A stretch of DNA of 64,000 nucleotides from the human T2T-CHM13v2.0 reference genome, Homo sapiens: assembly GCF_009914755.1 (NCBI RefSeq), contig NC_060929.1. One strand, given 5' to 3'. The notes beneath the pieces were generated by a model that was given only the letters and a program-made list of their open reading frames with translations, did no database searches and was not told the DNA's origin. The translations under genes were made by a program, and so were the position numbers. Below, piece after piece: positions 13,163 through 28,149 of this stretch. The stretch's first letter is position 1, and each line of letters opens with the position of its first letter.

Positions 13163-14734
13163 GTAAGTATATTTGTTGTCTTTAGGCAGTTCATATTTTA
13201 TGACAAAATACAACAAACAGCCTGAGCTCTAGGAGGGCAGGGCACATGTCTATTTTATTCATATCGTATCTCCAGCATTTAGCCCTGTGCTTGATACCTA
13301 GAGGGGTTTAATATTTTTGAATTAATTAATGAGTTGTATGATTCTGTACTTGACATTTCATCTGCACATTTTTATCAAAAGTCAGACAAAGTTTCCTTAA
13401 GGTCGTATATATTTCTCTATCAATTGGGTGGAGATCACAGATTTAGAAACCACTGTAGAACCCAAATCTCTGTTTCTCTTTGGAGCTACAAATTGGTTGT
13501 ATATTTTTACTTGAATATCCAATAACACTGTTATTAACTTGATCTATTCATCTAAGCCACCTCCCTTTAGGGCAGGGGTTCTCTCATACCTGAATGAGAA
13601 ACTTTAAGAAATGCAGATCCATTTCCACTGTATAGGTAGTAAAGCACATTCTCTGGGTGTGGGACCCAGATATCTGTAAGGATGGGAGGTAGAGGAGGAG
13701 GAAGAGGAGAGTTTCATAGTTGAGGCTAAAGACAAGGCAGAATGAGAAACATGGGTTAGAAGCTACCAATTTTCAGTTTCCTTTTAAGATTTTCTTTATG
13801 AACTGTAATGTGTTGGAAGTGTTGCTTATTTGATTTCTGGTCACACGTTATGGCAATTGCACTAGTGCTAAAGAGTATTCTAAAATAAAAGGAAATAAAT
13901 ACTATACCTTTTATAGTTTCTACATCAGAAGTTATACCTGCCCCAATATCTATTTTATATGCTTTTCTTGAGTAATTGGGCTGCCGTATTATTACTTGAA
14001 ATATACAATGTCTCATAATGGAGGACAGCATATTTAGTAACTAATCCATTTACATGGCAACCTCTCTGTTATTTGATTCCTAATTTGGAGTTTTCTGTCT
14101 TACTTGGCTAGAATACATCTAAAAGTATTTTTGAAGAAGACATGTGGATAGTGTTTTTTGCATACTTGATAATTTTGTGGTGTTGTTTTCTCATAAGAAT
14201 AAATGATTTGATATGAGATTTGGAGTGGAAAAATTTTTACTGAGGACTGTGTAAGTGCTCTAATGTCTTCTGACATTATATGATGCACAGAAGTCTGAAA
14301 TTGGTCTGGCTTCCTCTCCACTTCTTCCTTCTTTATTTTAATTTGCAAAGCAAAGGAACACACACTCACACAACCACCCCCCCCACACACACACACCAGA
14401 AAGGAAAATATATCCATAATTCACATATCATTTCTTAAAACACAGCCTCCAGAGGTTATTATAGTGGCTGAATAGATATTATAATAATAATTTAATGAAT
14501 AATATTTATATACTCTATATAATATATAAAAATATAGTTTTATAGAGGCTAAATAATATAGTATTTACTTTCATGAACAACTTCCCCTATGCTTGTAAGC
14601 CATGTCTAAATATTCACATATACACTTGTATATTTTTTTTTCAAAAATCAGAACTGGCTCTACATACTGATCAACCAGACATTTTTTAGTTAAAAATATA
14701 TCATAGACTTTGTTTTATATTAGTTCATATAGAT

Positions 14735-15150
14735 GTTTGTGTATAATATCCACAATTAAATGGAACGACAATTAAAATACTCCTGCTTTCCATCTGCATA
14801 CCTGGGTAAGACTGAATTTTTTTTTCATAGACTTCAACCAAAATAACATATTTAAACAGATTGAATACAGAAATACATACTTCCTTTCTATTAAGAAAGA
14901 TATTAGATTTGCAAAATATGTGAAACAATGACACTCTTCTCACCTACTGTTTTTGTTTTACAAGTCAATTATTTTTTATATAAATATGTAAGTTTTTTTC
15001 ATATAGCTTAGTTTTCTTGTTATTGGAAGTTAATAAAAATATTTTAAAAGTTTTAATTTTCTACATGGTAAATAATAGTAGATATAACCTATATAAACAA
15101 AGGGTTTCTTGGAATTGTCAATAATTTTTAAAATTGTGAAGAGATCTTGA
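14735..15150 (+). mobile_element. Charlie1 (hAT DNA transposon) 3' fragment
   Basis: 'atatccacaatt...attaaaatactcct...acttcaaccaaaataacata...acagattgaat...cactcttctcac' matches the Charlie1 3' end. Confidence 0.8.
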
Positions 15151-15676
15151 TATTAATATCTTTGAGATTTTGCTGACATATAGTACGAGGTTTATTATCA
15201 AGTAGCTAAACCTCAGCTCAGTGCTCTTACTGGCCTGCCAGCCTCTGACACATTTCACTGAGTTATGGGCTGTGCTGCTTTGCCTTCTACACCCTGTCCC
15301 CACCTGCTGTCTCTGATCTGTTTACCTTAGAAGGATACTTTGACATAAAAGCAATGTTTGGAAGTAGAAGAATTAATCCCTAAAAGATGATATAAGTAAT
15401 TTGATTCTAATATTTAAGTCATCATCTACGTAAATGCACTTAGCATTTTACCACCTGATATTAGATGGACATTTCTAGTTTGAGAAGGAAAATAACTGAA
15501 GAGAAAAATTTTTATACAAATAAATCAAATTCTGTAAATTGATATTGATTTATGAGCATTTTAGAATTAGGATTTGGTTTTTTTCTATGTATTTATCAAT
15601 GGCTATCAAAATATAAAACCAAAAATGTTATCATTGATTCATATAGATTAGTCTATTGCAAAACATTACTGTCATC

Positions 15677-16002
<326 letters not shown>

Positions 16003-16048
16003 TCATTATTATTATTTTTAGTGTCTCAAAAACCAGTAAAGCTTTCTT

Positions 16049-17335
16049 TTTTTATTCTTTTTTATACTTTAAGTTCTAGGGTACATGTGCACAATGTGCA
16101 GGTTTGTTACATATGTATACATGTGCCATGTTGTTGTACTGCACCCATTAACTCATCATTTACATTAGGTATATCTCCTAATGCTATCCCTCTGTCTCCC
16201 CCAACCCCACGACAGGCCCCGGTGTGTGATGTTCCCCTTCCTGTGTCCATGTGTTCTCATTGTTCAATTCCCACCTATGAGTGAGAACACGCGGAGTTTG
16301 TTTTTTTTTGTCCTTGTGATAGTTTGCTGAGAATGATGGTTTCCAGCTTCATGCATGTCCCTACAAAGGACATGAACTCATCCTTTTTTATGACTGCATA
16401 GTATTCCATGGTGTATATGTGCCACAATTTCTTAGTCCAGTCTATCATTGATGGACATTTGGGTTGGTTCCAAGTCTTTGCTATTGTGAATAGTGCTGCA
16501 GTAAACATATGTGTGAATGTTTCTTTATAGCAGCATGATTTATAATGCTTTGGGTATATACCCAGTAATGGGATGGCTGGGTCAAATGGTATTTGAGTTC
16601 TAGATCCCTGAGGATTCGCCACACTGTCTTCCACAATGGTTGAACTAGTTTACACTCCCACCAGCAGTGTAAAAGTGTTCCTGTTTCTCCACATCCTCTC
16701 CAGCACCTGTAGTTTCCTGACTTTTTAATGATCGCCATTCTAACTGGTGTGAGATGGTATCTCATTGTGATTTTGATTTGCATTTCTCTGATGGCCAGTG
16801 ATGATGAGCGTTTTTTCATGTGTCTGTTGGCTGCATAGATGTCTTCTTTTGAGAAGTGTCTGTTCATATCCTTTGCCCACTTTTTGATGGGGTTGTTTGT
16901 TTTTTTCTTGTAAGTTTGTTTGAGTTCTTTGTAGATTCTGGATATTAGCCCTTTGTCAGATGAGTAGATTGCAAAAAATTTCTCCCATTCTGTATGTTGC
17001 CAGTTCACTCTGATGGTAGTTTCTTTTGCCGTGCAGAAGCTGTTTAGTTTAATGAGATCCCATTTGTCAATTTTGGCTTTTGTTGCCATTGCTTTTGGTG
17101 TTTTAGACATGAAGTCCTTGTCCATGCCTATGTCCTGAATGGTATTACCTAGGTTTTCTTCTAGGGTTTTTATGGTTTTAGGTCTAACGTTTAAGTCTTT
17201 AATCCATCTTGAATTAATTTTTGTATAAGGTGTAAGGAAGGGATCCAGTTTCAGCTTTCTACATATGGCTAGCCAGTTTTCCCAGCACCATTTATTAAAT
17301 AGGGAATCCTTTCCCCATTTCTTGTTTTTGTCAGG
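16049..17335 (-). mobile_element. L1PA (PA4-PA6-like) 3' segment of a twin-primed insertion
   Basis: 3'UTR plus ORF2 C-terminal peptides (16275-17125); left TSD copy aaaaaccagtaaagctttctt at 16028-16048. Confidence 0.93.
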
Positions 17336-17774
17336 AAGTCAAATTGTCCCTGTTTGCAGATGACATGATTGTATATTTAGAATACGCCATCATCTCAGCC
17401 CAAAATCTCCTTAAGCTGATAATCAACTTCAGCAAAATCTCAGGATACAAAATCAATGGGCAAAGATCACAGGCATTCTTATACACCAATAACAGACAAA
17501 CAGAGAGCCAAATCATGAGCTCCCATTCACAACTGCTTCAAAGAGAATAAAATACCTAGGAATCCAACTTACAAGGGATGTGAAGGACCTCTTCAAGGAG
17601 AACTACAAACCACTGCTCAACAAAATAAAAGAGGACACAAACAAATGGAAGAGCATTCCATGCTCATACATAGGAAGAATCAATATCGTGAAAATGGCCA
17701 TACTGCCCAATGTAATTTATAGATTTAATGCCACCGCCATCAAGCTACCAATGACTTTCTTCACAGAATTGTAA

Positions 17775-18746
<972 letters not shown>

Positions 18747-20900
18747 TCTCCCCCTTTTCTCTGATTTAAATGAACCGTAGCAATCATAGCTTGGCACTGA
18801 TCATGATTGGACTGAAGAATATTTTTTCTAGTTTTACACATGAATAATAAAGCAATAGCACAAATTATACACGAACAAAATTAACGATTGTGGATCCTCC
18901 CAAAAATTTTACCCATTGAATGGTGTTGAGATTAGATAACCCGTCAGATATACTGTCTAAAACTTCAGCACCAGGTAAAGCAGTTAAGTGTGCTTGAGAG
19001 GCCTCAAAAATCTGTTCTTTTAGCTTGCTTATGTCTAAACTTAAATTACCTTCAGTTCCTTGTCAATGGCGTTTTACTGATTCCCAATTGTGAACAGACT
19101 CATTATGTTGAAACGGAGTTATACAAAAATCAGAAGTATTCCAATCACATTGCATTTGTGATCTTTGTTCTAAACTCATAATTCTATCTCCCATCCATAT
19201 AACAGTTTGTCTTAGATCATTAATTTGGCCAATTTTTGATCAATACCTGACTGAGAATTCCACATCCAAGTAGAATTTTTTTGCCATTTATCCACAAAAT
19301 GGGCAGTTTGAATTGATTGATGTAATGGAACTCCAGCAGTAGCAGCAGTCACCGTAGCAGCAATCAAGCCCATCATTACTGCAATTAATGTAAAAATAAA
19401 TAGTTTACTCCTTTTAAGAATTTTTTGTAGAATATTGTTAATAACATGGAGAGAGGGGAAAGATTCCCAAGGCCTATGTAAGGCTACGGGGAGCCAAATA
19501 CCTTCTCTGGCTCTGACTATTAAAATGCTATGATACTGATTAAAGGATGAGTCAATACAAGTATACAAGTAACAATTAACACAGGTAATTATGTTGGTTT
19601 TTGAACTAGTATGCATCTTTCCTACTAATAACATATATGGTGGTTTAACACAACTTTTAAGTAGTATAGTTTTGTTGGATTCCATATAGACAGTGTATAT
19701 ATTTTGGGATGGTACTCTGTGAATGTGGGGTGGGGGGAATAGGTTGTATGAGAGGTGGTGGGGGGACATTAGTGATGGGGGGGTATAAGTCCTCATAATC
19801 TTTACTGTCCCATCTTTGAATTGACCTTTTGACGATTGCCATAGTGATATTTTTGGCTGTGTGGAAATAGTAGTGTAAATCAATCTGTTGTCTTAGTTTT
19901 TGAGGTGACAAGGTGGATTTACTTATAACACTTTCTCCAGCCCAAACTCTCATACCAGTCATAGCTATGGTTAATCTCCATAATTCTGAATGTTCAGGTC
20001 CTAAGTGGGGAACAATGAGCCTTGGCTTTGGAGGGGCAACCCCTGCCCCTTTCCACTTAAAAGGAAAAAAGGAGTTAAATCTACGATATAATAGGGGAGG
20101 GTTGTCACTACTTTTTTGTAAGTAATATTATAGAGAAAATGTTGACAATCTGTGACCCTGAGAGCAATCATTAGTAATATGACCTTTAGGAGCCCAATCA
20201 ACAATGGTATAGTGAGAAGAATTAAATAACACAGTTCCTTCTGAACTAACACAATCCTTCCATATTAATTTGTTAGCATTTGAAGACACGTTGAGAGGAC
20301 ACACAGGTCCTAAAGGCTTATATTGGGATGTGTGAATATAATCAGCGAGCAATTCCTATTTTGATCTGCCTTAGAAGTTTTAATGAGAGCCCTGATACCA
20401 AGTGTCCTAAAGGAGGGACAGAGTGACCAGATGGTAGTGTGACTGCCCAAGTTTGAATATCTAATGAGAGATATCCATTAGTGGGTCCCAGGAACAAAAG
20501 TGGATACCTAAAACCTAAAGTGATATTGAAAGGGGTTCCGTCTTCTGAAGGTTGGGCAGGACAACGATCATCTACAGAACCAGGCATCCAAATACTATCA
20601 TTAACATAGACCTGATAGGAGCGTCCATCCATATCATGGCTCAAATAAGAGGAGGAAAAGGAATATAGGCCCAATATGTATAGTTTTTAACAGTCTGTGG
20701 AGTGACACAGGGTAGAAGGATCAGTGTCATCAGGAGGGGGCAGAGGGTGAGCCGGACCTGGACCGCTGGAGACGAGTTGTTTAGGATGGCTGACTGGATT
20801 GTCTGTTGTAAAGGAGTTAGCGTGGTTATTTTTTTTCTTTTTGACGGTTGGATGTGCTAGTTGTTTCCTGCTGTGGCATTTTTTCAGCAAATTTCTCTGT
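18747..20900 (-). pseudogene. env: env (SU/TM), multiple frameshifts and stops
   Basis: NYTYWAYIPFPPLI, VYVNDSIWMPG..DDRCPAQP, WAPKG, fusion peptide [28 protein letters not shown]. Confidence 0.9.
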
Positions 20901-23410
20901 CTCGTTGTTGCATGCATCTTCAGGACACAATTTCAGGTGTCTAGCAGGAATGCAAACAGGAGGTTGATGTTCACCTGGGGAAACACAAGCATAGCCTCTT
21001 CCCCACGTTAAAATAGAAGCTTTTGACCATATATTAGATTGAACATCTTTCCACCATACTTCCCTTACTTGGTTTATTGTCAGATGGTTACCAGAAAAAA
21101 TGTTTTTCGGTGACAGTAACAGAACTAGATTTAGGAATATTAAGAAAATTTAACATGAGCAATGCCAAGTTTAGTTGTATGTGAGGGGTAGACAACTCCT
21201 TATCCCCCTCTTTTGTTTAAGTAATTATAATTTTAAAGTTCTGTTACTTCTTTCTACAATAGCTTGGCTTTGTGGGTTATAAGGAATACCAGTAATATGT
21301 TTAATATGCCACTGATCAAGAAAATTTTTAAAAGCTTTACTGCAATAGGCTGGACCGTTGTCTGTTTTGAGCTCACTAGGAATTCCCATAACTGCAAAAC
21401 ATGAAAACATATGTTTTTAACATGAGAAGTGGCTTCTCCGGTTTGACAGGTATCCCAGATGAAATTGGAAAAGGTGTCAACTGTGACATGCACGTAAGCT
21501 AATTTTCCAAAAGAAGGAACATGAGTAATATCAATTTGCCAAAGAGCATTAGGAGAAGGCCTCAGGGATTAACTCCAGTGTTGAGACAATCTCAACACTG
21601 ATATTGAGAACAGTGTTGTACAATTTGTTTAGCTTGTTTCCAACTCAGAGAATATTTATGTTTAAGACCTGAAGCATTAGTATGAATGAGTTGATGAAAT
21701 TGTTCTGCATCTGTAATGGCTAGAGAAACTAGAATATCAACTTCATGATTACCACTGGATAAAGGTCCAGGCAAATTAGTATGAGATCAAATGTGAGTGA
21801 TGAAAAAGGGGTGGTTTCAGTTTCTGACAGGTTTTTGTAACAAAGAGAACAAGGAAAACAGATTAGTGTCAGCAATATTTTTGATGGTAGCTGTTTCTAT
21901 TGCCTTAGTGACAAGCACTATATAAGCTGAGTCAGAGACAATATTAAGAGGCTGATCAAAATCTTGTAATGCAGAGATAACAGCAAACAGCTCGGCTTTT
22001 TGAGCAGAAGTGTATGGAGTAGAAATGACTTTATCTTTTGGTCTTACGTACATTGCCTTTTCATTACTGGATCCATCAGTAAAAATGGTAACACCTGCCT
22101 CTAGTGGTGATGAACGAGTAAGTTTTGGTAGAATCCAGGAAGTGTTTCGTAGACATTGAAAGAATTTTGGCTTAGGCAGATGATTATCAATAGTGCCAGT
22201 GAAGTCAGCCAGATTAGTCTGCCAGCACAAGGATGTAGAAAAGGCATTTTTAACCTCATTTTTTGACAAAGGGACCACAATAATGTTTGGATCAAAGCCA
22301 GAAATTTTAGTGATACGTTGACGTCCTAACCCAATTGAAGTGACCATTTGATCAAGATATATTGAAAGAGTTTTAGAGGCTGAATTAGGAAGAAATACCC
22401 ATTCAACAAGAGAATCATTTTGTACTATAAGTCCTGCAGGACAGTGGATGAAAGGAAAAACTAAATTTGTAAAGGCAAATTTGGGTCAATATGAGAGACT
22501 TGTCCCTCTTTCACTCGTTGTTCTACAAAAGACAACTCTTTTTCTGCTGGTTCAGATAGACAGTGAGGACTGTTTAGATCTGTATCTCCTGATAAAGTAG
22601 CAAATAGATGAGATAATGCATAAGTAGGGATGCCTAGGATTGGTCTGAGATAATTGATGTCACCTAGTAATTTTTGAAAATCATTTAAGGTGTTTAAATT
22701 GTCAGTATGAAGTTGGACTTTTTGAGGCTTAATGGCGCGAGCTTCTAGGTGCGTTGGTGCATTCCTAAGTACAGAAAAGGAGTGGCTTGTTGAATTTTAT
22801 TAGGAGCAATGTGGAGTCCTGCATTGGCAACAGCTAATTTTAAAGAGGTAAAACATTGAATTAATTCATCTTTAGTAGGAGCAGCAATCAGTATATCATC
22901 CACATAACGAAGAATGTAATTATTTTTCAAAATCTGTCGAATAGATTGTAACACAGTACTGACAAACAACTGGCAAATAGTAGGACTGTTAATCATTCCT
23001 TGAGGTAAAACTTTCCATTCATATCTAGCTGTAGGAGCTGAATTGTTAATGGAAGGTATAGTGAGAGCAAATTTTTCACAGTCTGACTTGTCTAAAGGAA
23101 TATGAAAAAAGTAGTCCTTAAGGTCAATGATAATTAAAGGCCATTTCTTAGGAATCGTGGAGGGGGAGGGCATACCAGGTTGTAACACCCTGATAGGTTT
23201 AATAACTGCATTAACAGCTCTTAAGTCTGTCACCATCCTCCATTTTCCTGACTTTTTTTGTGCAACAAACACAGACGAGTTCCATGGAGACAAGGAGGGC
23301 TCAATAATGTTTGCTTATAGTAAATCATTAACAATTTCAATTAAAGCCTCCAACTTGTGTTTGGAAATTGGCCACCGCTCTACCCAAACAGGTGACTCAC
23401 ACATCCATTG
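20826..23410 (-). pseudogene. pol: pol (RT-RNaseH-integrase), disrupted
   Basis: [73 protein letters not shown]. Confidence 0.93.
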
Positions 23411-24107
23411 TGTAGAGGCAGAGGAAGAGAAGGAGAGTGAGGGCACTGGGACGTGGACTTGGGGGAGACAGGATTCTAAGCCTCTGAAAGAAGGGGTCCT
23501 GGAGTGTCGAAAGAAACAGTAGGCTTAGAAGAGGGGAGAGTTCTAAAAGGATGAGAGGAATGAGAAACAGGCCATTCAGATGAATGCCACATGTCCTCCT
23601 CTGGCAGAGGGGGCAATGGCTTAGTAGAAGAAGAGTTAACATATACAGGTTCCAAGATAGGAGCTGGAGGGAGGGGATCATCACCAGGTTCCTCCTCTTG
23701 GGGAGAAAACAAGGAGAGATCAAATTCCTCATCATGATCAGAAGGAGGACTAGTAGGGGGTCAGCTACTTGAGGTACAGGGAGCAGCTCACCATCCGTGT
23801 TAACTTGTGGCAGTTGAAGAGGATCACCAGACTGAAAAGGAAGTAAAGTGACCTGAATAAGAGCCCAGTCAGCCCAACCAGAAATAGGAAGTAAAACACC
23901 ATCTCTCATGAGTTGGCAGAGGGTGGTGCCAACTCTATCCCAGTCTAACAGGTCCATAGAACCTTTGTCAGGGAACCAAGGACAATATTTTTCAATAGTC
24001 TGAAATAAGAGAATAAGGTTATAGGAATCAGCCTGGATTCCACCCTGTTTAAGAAGACGTTTAATAAAAGACAGATAAGCCTGGTGTTTAGAATGTGATT
24101 GTCCCAT
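23411..24107 (-). pseudogene. gag: gag, N-terminal part only (matrix plus Pro-rich region), frameshifted
   Basis: MGQSHSKH..LLKQGG..IEKYCPWFPDKGSMDLLDWDRVG betaretroviral matrix with Gly2; no capsid or nucleocapsid. Confidence 0.9.
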
Positions 24108-24248
24108 AATAACCCTGGAATAATACCAGTTGACAAACCTGAAAAGAGGGGAGAGTCAGAAAAGGTGTACCTGGAGACCTTATCGTCGAGACCGAAGACT
24201 AGTCATCATGAACCCACACTCAGAGTGCACTGAGCCGAGGAACAAAGA

Positions 24249-24266
24249 AGGCCATATTGGGTGCCA
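24249..24266 (-). promoter_or_regulatory. Primer-binding site, tRNA-Lys-like (degenerate)
   Basis: TGGCACCCAATATGG versus the Lys PBS TGGCGCCCAACGTGG; the three mismatches are CpG-decay type; 2 nt from the 5' LTR. Confidence 0.8.
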
Positions 24267-24268
24267 GA

Positions 24269-25145
24269 TATTGCAGGATCTGGCCAGCAGCCCACAGTGC
24301 AGCAGGGCTCTTTCCTTATTCCTAGGCAGATCGACAGGTCGAGAAATAATAGACACACACAAGATAGTGAAAGCTGGGTCCAGGGGGGTCACTGCCTTCT
24401 GGTCCCGTGATGCCGCCAATGCACTGGATATACCAGCATTTATTATTAAGTTTAGTGAGGGCGGGGGTAGGTTAGTGAGGGATTTAGGGTCATTTGATTA
24501 TGAGGTGAGATGGTCACATGGGAATGAAGTAATTCTTTAACATAACATCTGTATGCAGAAGTACAGTATACAGAGATTAGAATTTAAAATATAGTGTGTG
24601 CATCAGTAATTTCTAACAGAGCCTTAAAACAGAAACACAGTCTTTCCATAACCTATGATTAGCAAGATATTAATCAGTAGTAATAGTTGCAGCAAAAGCT
24701 GGTTACAAACAATCCATAGAAACAGGACGTGAAGCTAGACAACCGGTTAGACCAAAAATTCTCAGAAGGGAGTATGCCTTAACCCTAAAGAGGCCAAGAA
24801 GAGCTGTGGCAAGATGAGGGCATTTATAGCCCTGTCTTATCCCTATGAACAGGTGCCCCTCATGCGTCCGTTTATAGGCTCTCCACAAGGGTCGCATTCC
24901 ATTCCCAGAGCTATGAACATCTGCTTTTCTGGGATAGGAATCTTGGTGATGTGAAACCTCCCTGACTGCATGTCCGTTCATAGGCTCTCTGCAGGGGGAA
25001 GCACATCACGTACTGTTGGCTCATTCTGGCAGTCCAACCTGGCATTGACTTTACATAGTCCTGCGTGCAACTTTGTATTTACAATAATCAGGAACATTTC
25101 GTCTTGTATTCCGTAGTAGCAAGAGTTTCAGGGGGTCTCCCTACA
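24269..25145 (-). repeat. 5' LTR (MER11D-like)
   Basis: Direct repeat of 17872-18746; TATAAA at 24823-24828 (minus strand). Confidence 0.85.
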
Positions 25146-25339
25146 TACCTGACTTCAAACTATACTACAAGGCTACAGTAACCAAAACAACATGGTACTG
25201 GTACCAAAACAGAGATATAGACCAATGGAACAGAACAGAGTCCTCAGAAATAATACCACACATCTACAACCATCTGATCTTTGACAAACCTGAAAAACCA
25301 GTAAAACTTTCTTCACTTCCATTCTTTTGCCTATAACAG

Positions 25340-25453
25340 AAAAGTAGAGAAAGTAAAAATGTTTGGTTTACAAAGATAAGTGGCCTCTTTAACCGAAGAA
25401 AATCAAAACGTCGACAGCATGAAAGACCAAAGATACCTCCCCACATTCCCTGA
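25340..25453 (+). CDS. Candidate terminal coding exon KSRESKNVWFTKISGLFNRRKSKRRQHERPKIPPHIP*
   Basis: Pyrimidine-rich acceptor cttccattcttttgcctataacag|, 37 open codons, three CpGs all in Arg codons (CGA, CGT, CGA), AATAAA at 25969-25974 followed by a U/GU-rich tract. Confidence 0.5.
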   Translation, partial: KSRESKNVWFTKISGLFNRRKSKRRQHERPKIPPHIP

Positions 25454-25654
25454 GCTGACCCTTGTCATCTTACACAAAGCCTTTGGTCCACTGGCCAGGG
25501 GTCCTATATCTGGCCAATTTAATATGAGGGCTCAGGAATCAGACCCGTCTTTTCCTGTGACAAGAAGTCAAATGGAAACTACACCAAGGGCCAAATACCT
25601 GTATCTTACAGGACTCAGAAACTAGGCAGCTTCTTATAAAAACCAAATAAGCAA

Positions 25655-26047
<393 letters not shown>

Positions 26048-28149
26048 TCACTGAGAAACTTTCTAGTGTAAAACAGATCTGTTACATTTGGGTAGAGTTG
26101 AGAAAAAAATGATTCTTTTGGCTTTCTTTTTCTGGTAATAGAAATCACAGAGCTTAAGGGATCTTAGAGCTAACCCTCTCACTCATTTTTGATTTTTGAA
26201 ACTATTAATAAGTTAAAACTTGATTAAATGGCAGTGGATTGGGGACAGGGCTCAGGTACCCCCAGCCCCTTCTTTACTCCAGTGTGTTCTCATTCCACCG
26301 TCCTGCCACTCCAGCTCCCTTCCTTCCACTTGGTGGGACAGCAAAGGGGGTTGTAATGAGAAGAGTTGGGACAGTCAGCTTGGGTTAGGGTTGCTTATCA
26401 GCTCTTTCTTTCCATGGCAATTTCAGTTGCAACAAAGCACATGAAAGAGAGAGAGATGTCCCAGAAAAAAAAAAAATTGGTCAATTCAATGACCTGTTTT
26501 GATCAATCACATTGAGCATGTGCTGGTATGTGGACACACTTTCCTTCAAATAAAAGGTTAGTGATTTTTTTTAAACTTCTGAACTAGTGAAAGAGCTTTT
26601 CTAGAGTCACCACCTCAGCTGCTACTGACACAGACTTCCAGTTTGAAGTAAGGTAGAGAGATGTATTTCCAAGGAGTTATCCTGATGTTTGACTTTGGAG
26701 TTGGTGGAACTGTCTAGAAAAAAAAAATCTCTCCATGGTACTATAGGGAAAGTGCTTTCTCTTTATCACATTTTTCAATGAAATAGGAAATGAAAATATG
26801 AATGCTTGTGTTCATGCAATGTTAACACTGTACCTTTATAGATAAAAATGAGGAAATTAAACTGTTCCTGTTCTTAGAGCAATAAGGCAGTGCCAGATAT
26901 ATTATATTGTGTTTTTATTCATGTGGAGCTAATACCTATTTTTCAGTTTATATATTTCTTCTTAAATATTAAAAATACGATGTTAAAACTAGGAATTTGA
27001 AGCTCAGATGTTATGGATGAGAATAAGTGCTTTGGCATAGCAATAAAAATGTCTCATTATAGTTCCAATTACCATTTTTTTTTGCTACATTAATTTAGAT
27101 TCAAATTGCTATAGGGGAAATGGTGCCCCACCCACCCTTTAAAAAGTCATGTTTTGGGATTCAGAAAAATATTGATAATATCTTGAAAATATTTGGATAG
27201 CAAATCTTCATTTTAGCACAATAAACACTTAAAATGTATTTTATCTAACGTCATACTATTCTTGAAAATACTTGTTTGGATATTTTCCTGTCTTGTTGAA
27301 AATCACCAAATAAACTCAAAAAAGATTCTCTAATCCAATGTTATGTTTAGTCAAGTTATTTGCAAATATAATTTTTTATTAGACTAGGAAGACTGTACAA
27401 TAGGTGTGCTCTTCAATATTTGAAGGGTGTTTTATTTGACTGTGACTTAGCCCTATGTTTTATTGTACTCATTCTTCCAATACATTTTTATGGGAGCTTA
27501 TTCTATAACAGGCATTGTTTTCCAAGCTGGGATTATCATGGTGAGCAAAAATAGTTTCTACCCTGATAGAGAACACAGTCTGGTGGGGAAACAAAGACAT
27601 GACCACACTGGAATGGTCAGGGTAGCTATCTCTAAGGAGGAAATTTGATCAGAGATCTAAAGGATGAGTAGGAGTTACTCATAGGGAGAGGAGAGGAAAA
27701 CACGTGTCTGGAAGAGATGCCAGCATGTAAAAAGGCATATGGTGGGCGGGAGCATGGCTAACATGAGGAACCATAAGACCAAGGTGGCTAAAGTACAGAG
27801 AGCGCTGAAAGGGAAACAGGATGAGGCAAAAAGCATGAGAAGCCTTGATGGAGTAATCTGAAAGGGAGATGGTGTTGGCTTGAACAAGGCTGGTGATAAT
27901 AGTGATGAAGAGAAATAAACAGATCAGTAATGTCTTCATATTGACGAGATAAGATTTGGGGAGTGAGCAGTGAGACAAGACTAAAACACGTGTTGGCAGC
28001 TGGACAGAATGTGGTATCATTCCGTGAAACTGAAAACGTTGGGGCTTTGAGACATCCATGTGAGAGCCAGTGGGCAATTAGATATATGAGTCAGAAGTTC
28101 AGAATATATTCATGTTGTCAGGTCTGGAAGTACTGTTTTGACAGTGAGG

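Noticed and set aside
19725-19785. G-run cluster (possible G-quadruplex)
   Set aside because: It is the antisense of the Pro-rich env SU codons; loops are long and irregular
23397-24107. 236-aa apparently intact Gag ORF
   Set aside because: Only about the first 115 aa are in the gag frame; the rest is frameshifted and capsid/nucleocapsid are absent
26588-26647. Plus-strand exon-like segment with a gtaagg donor
   Set aside because: Weak acceptors and stop codons in the phase-0 frame of the candidate gene; no further support
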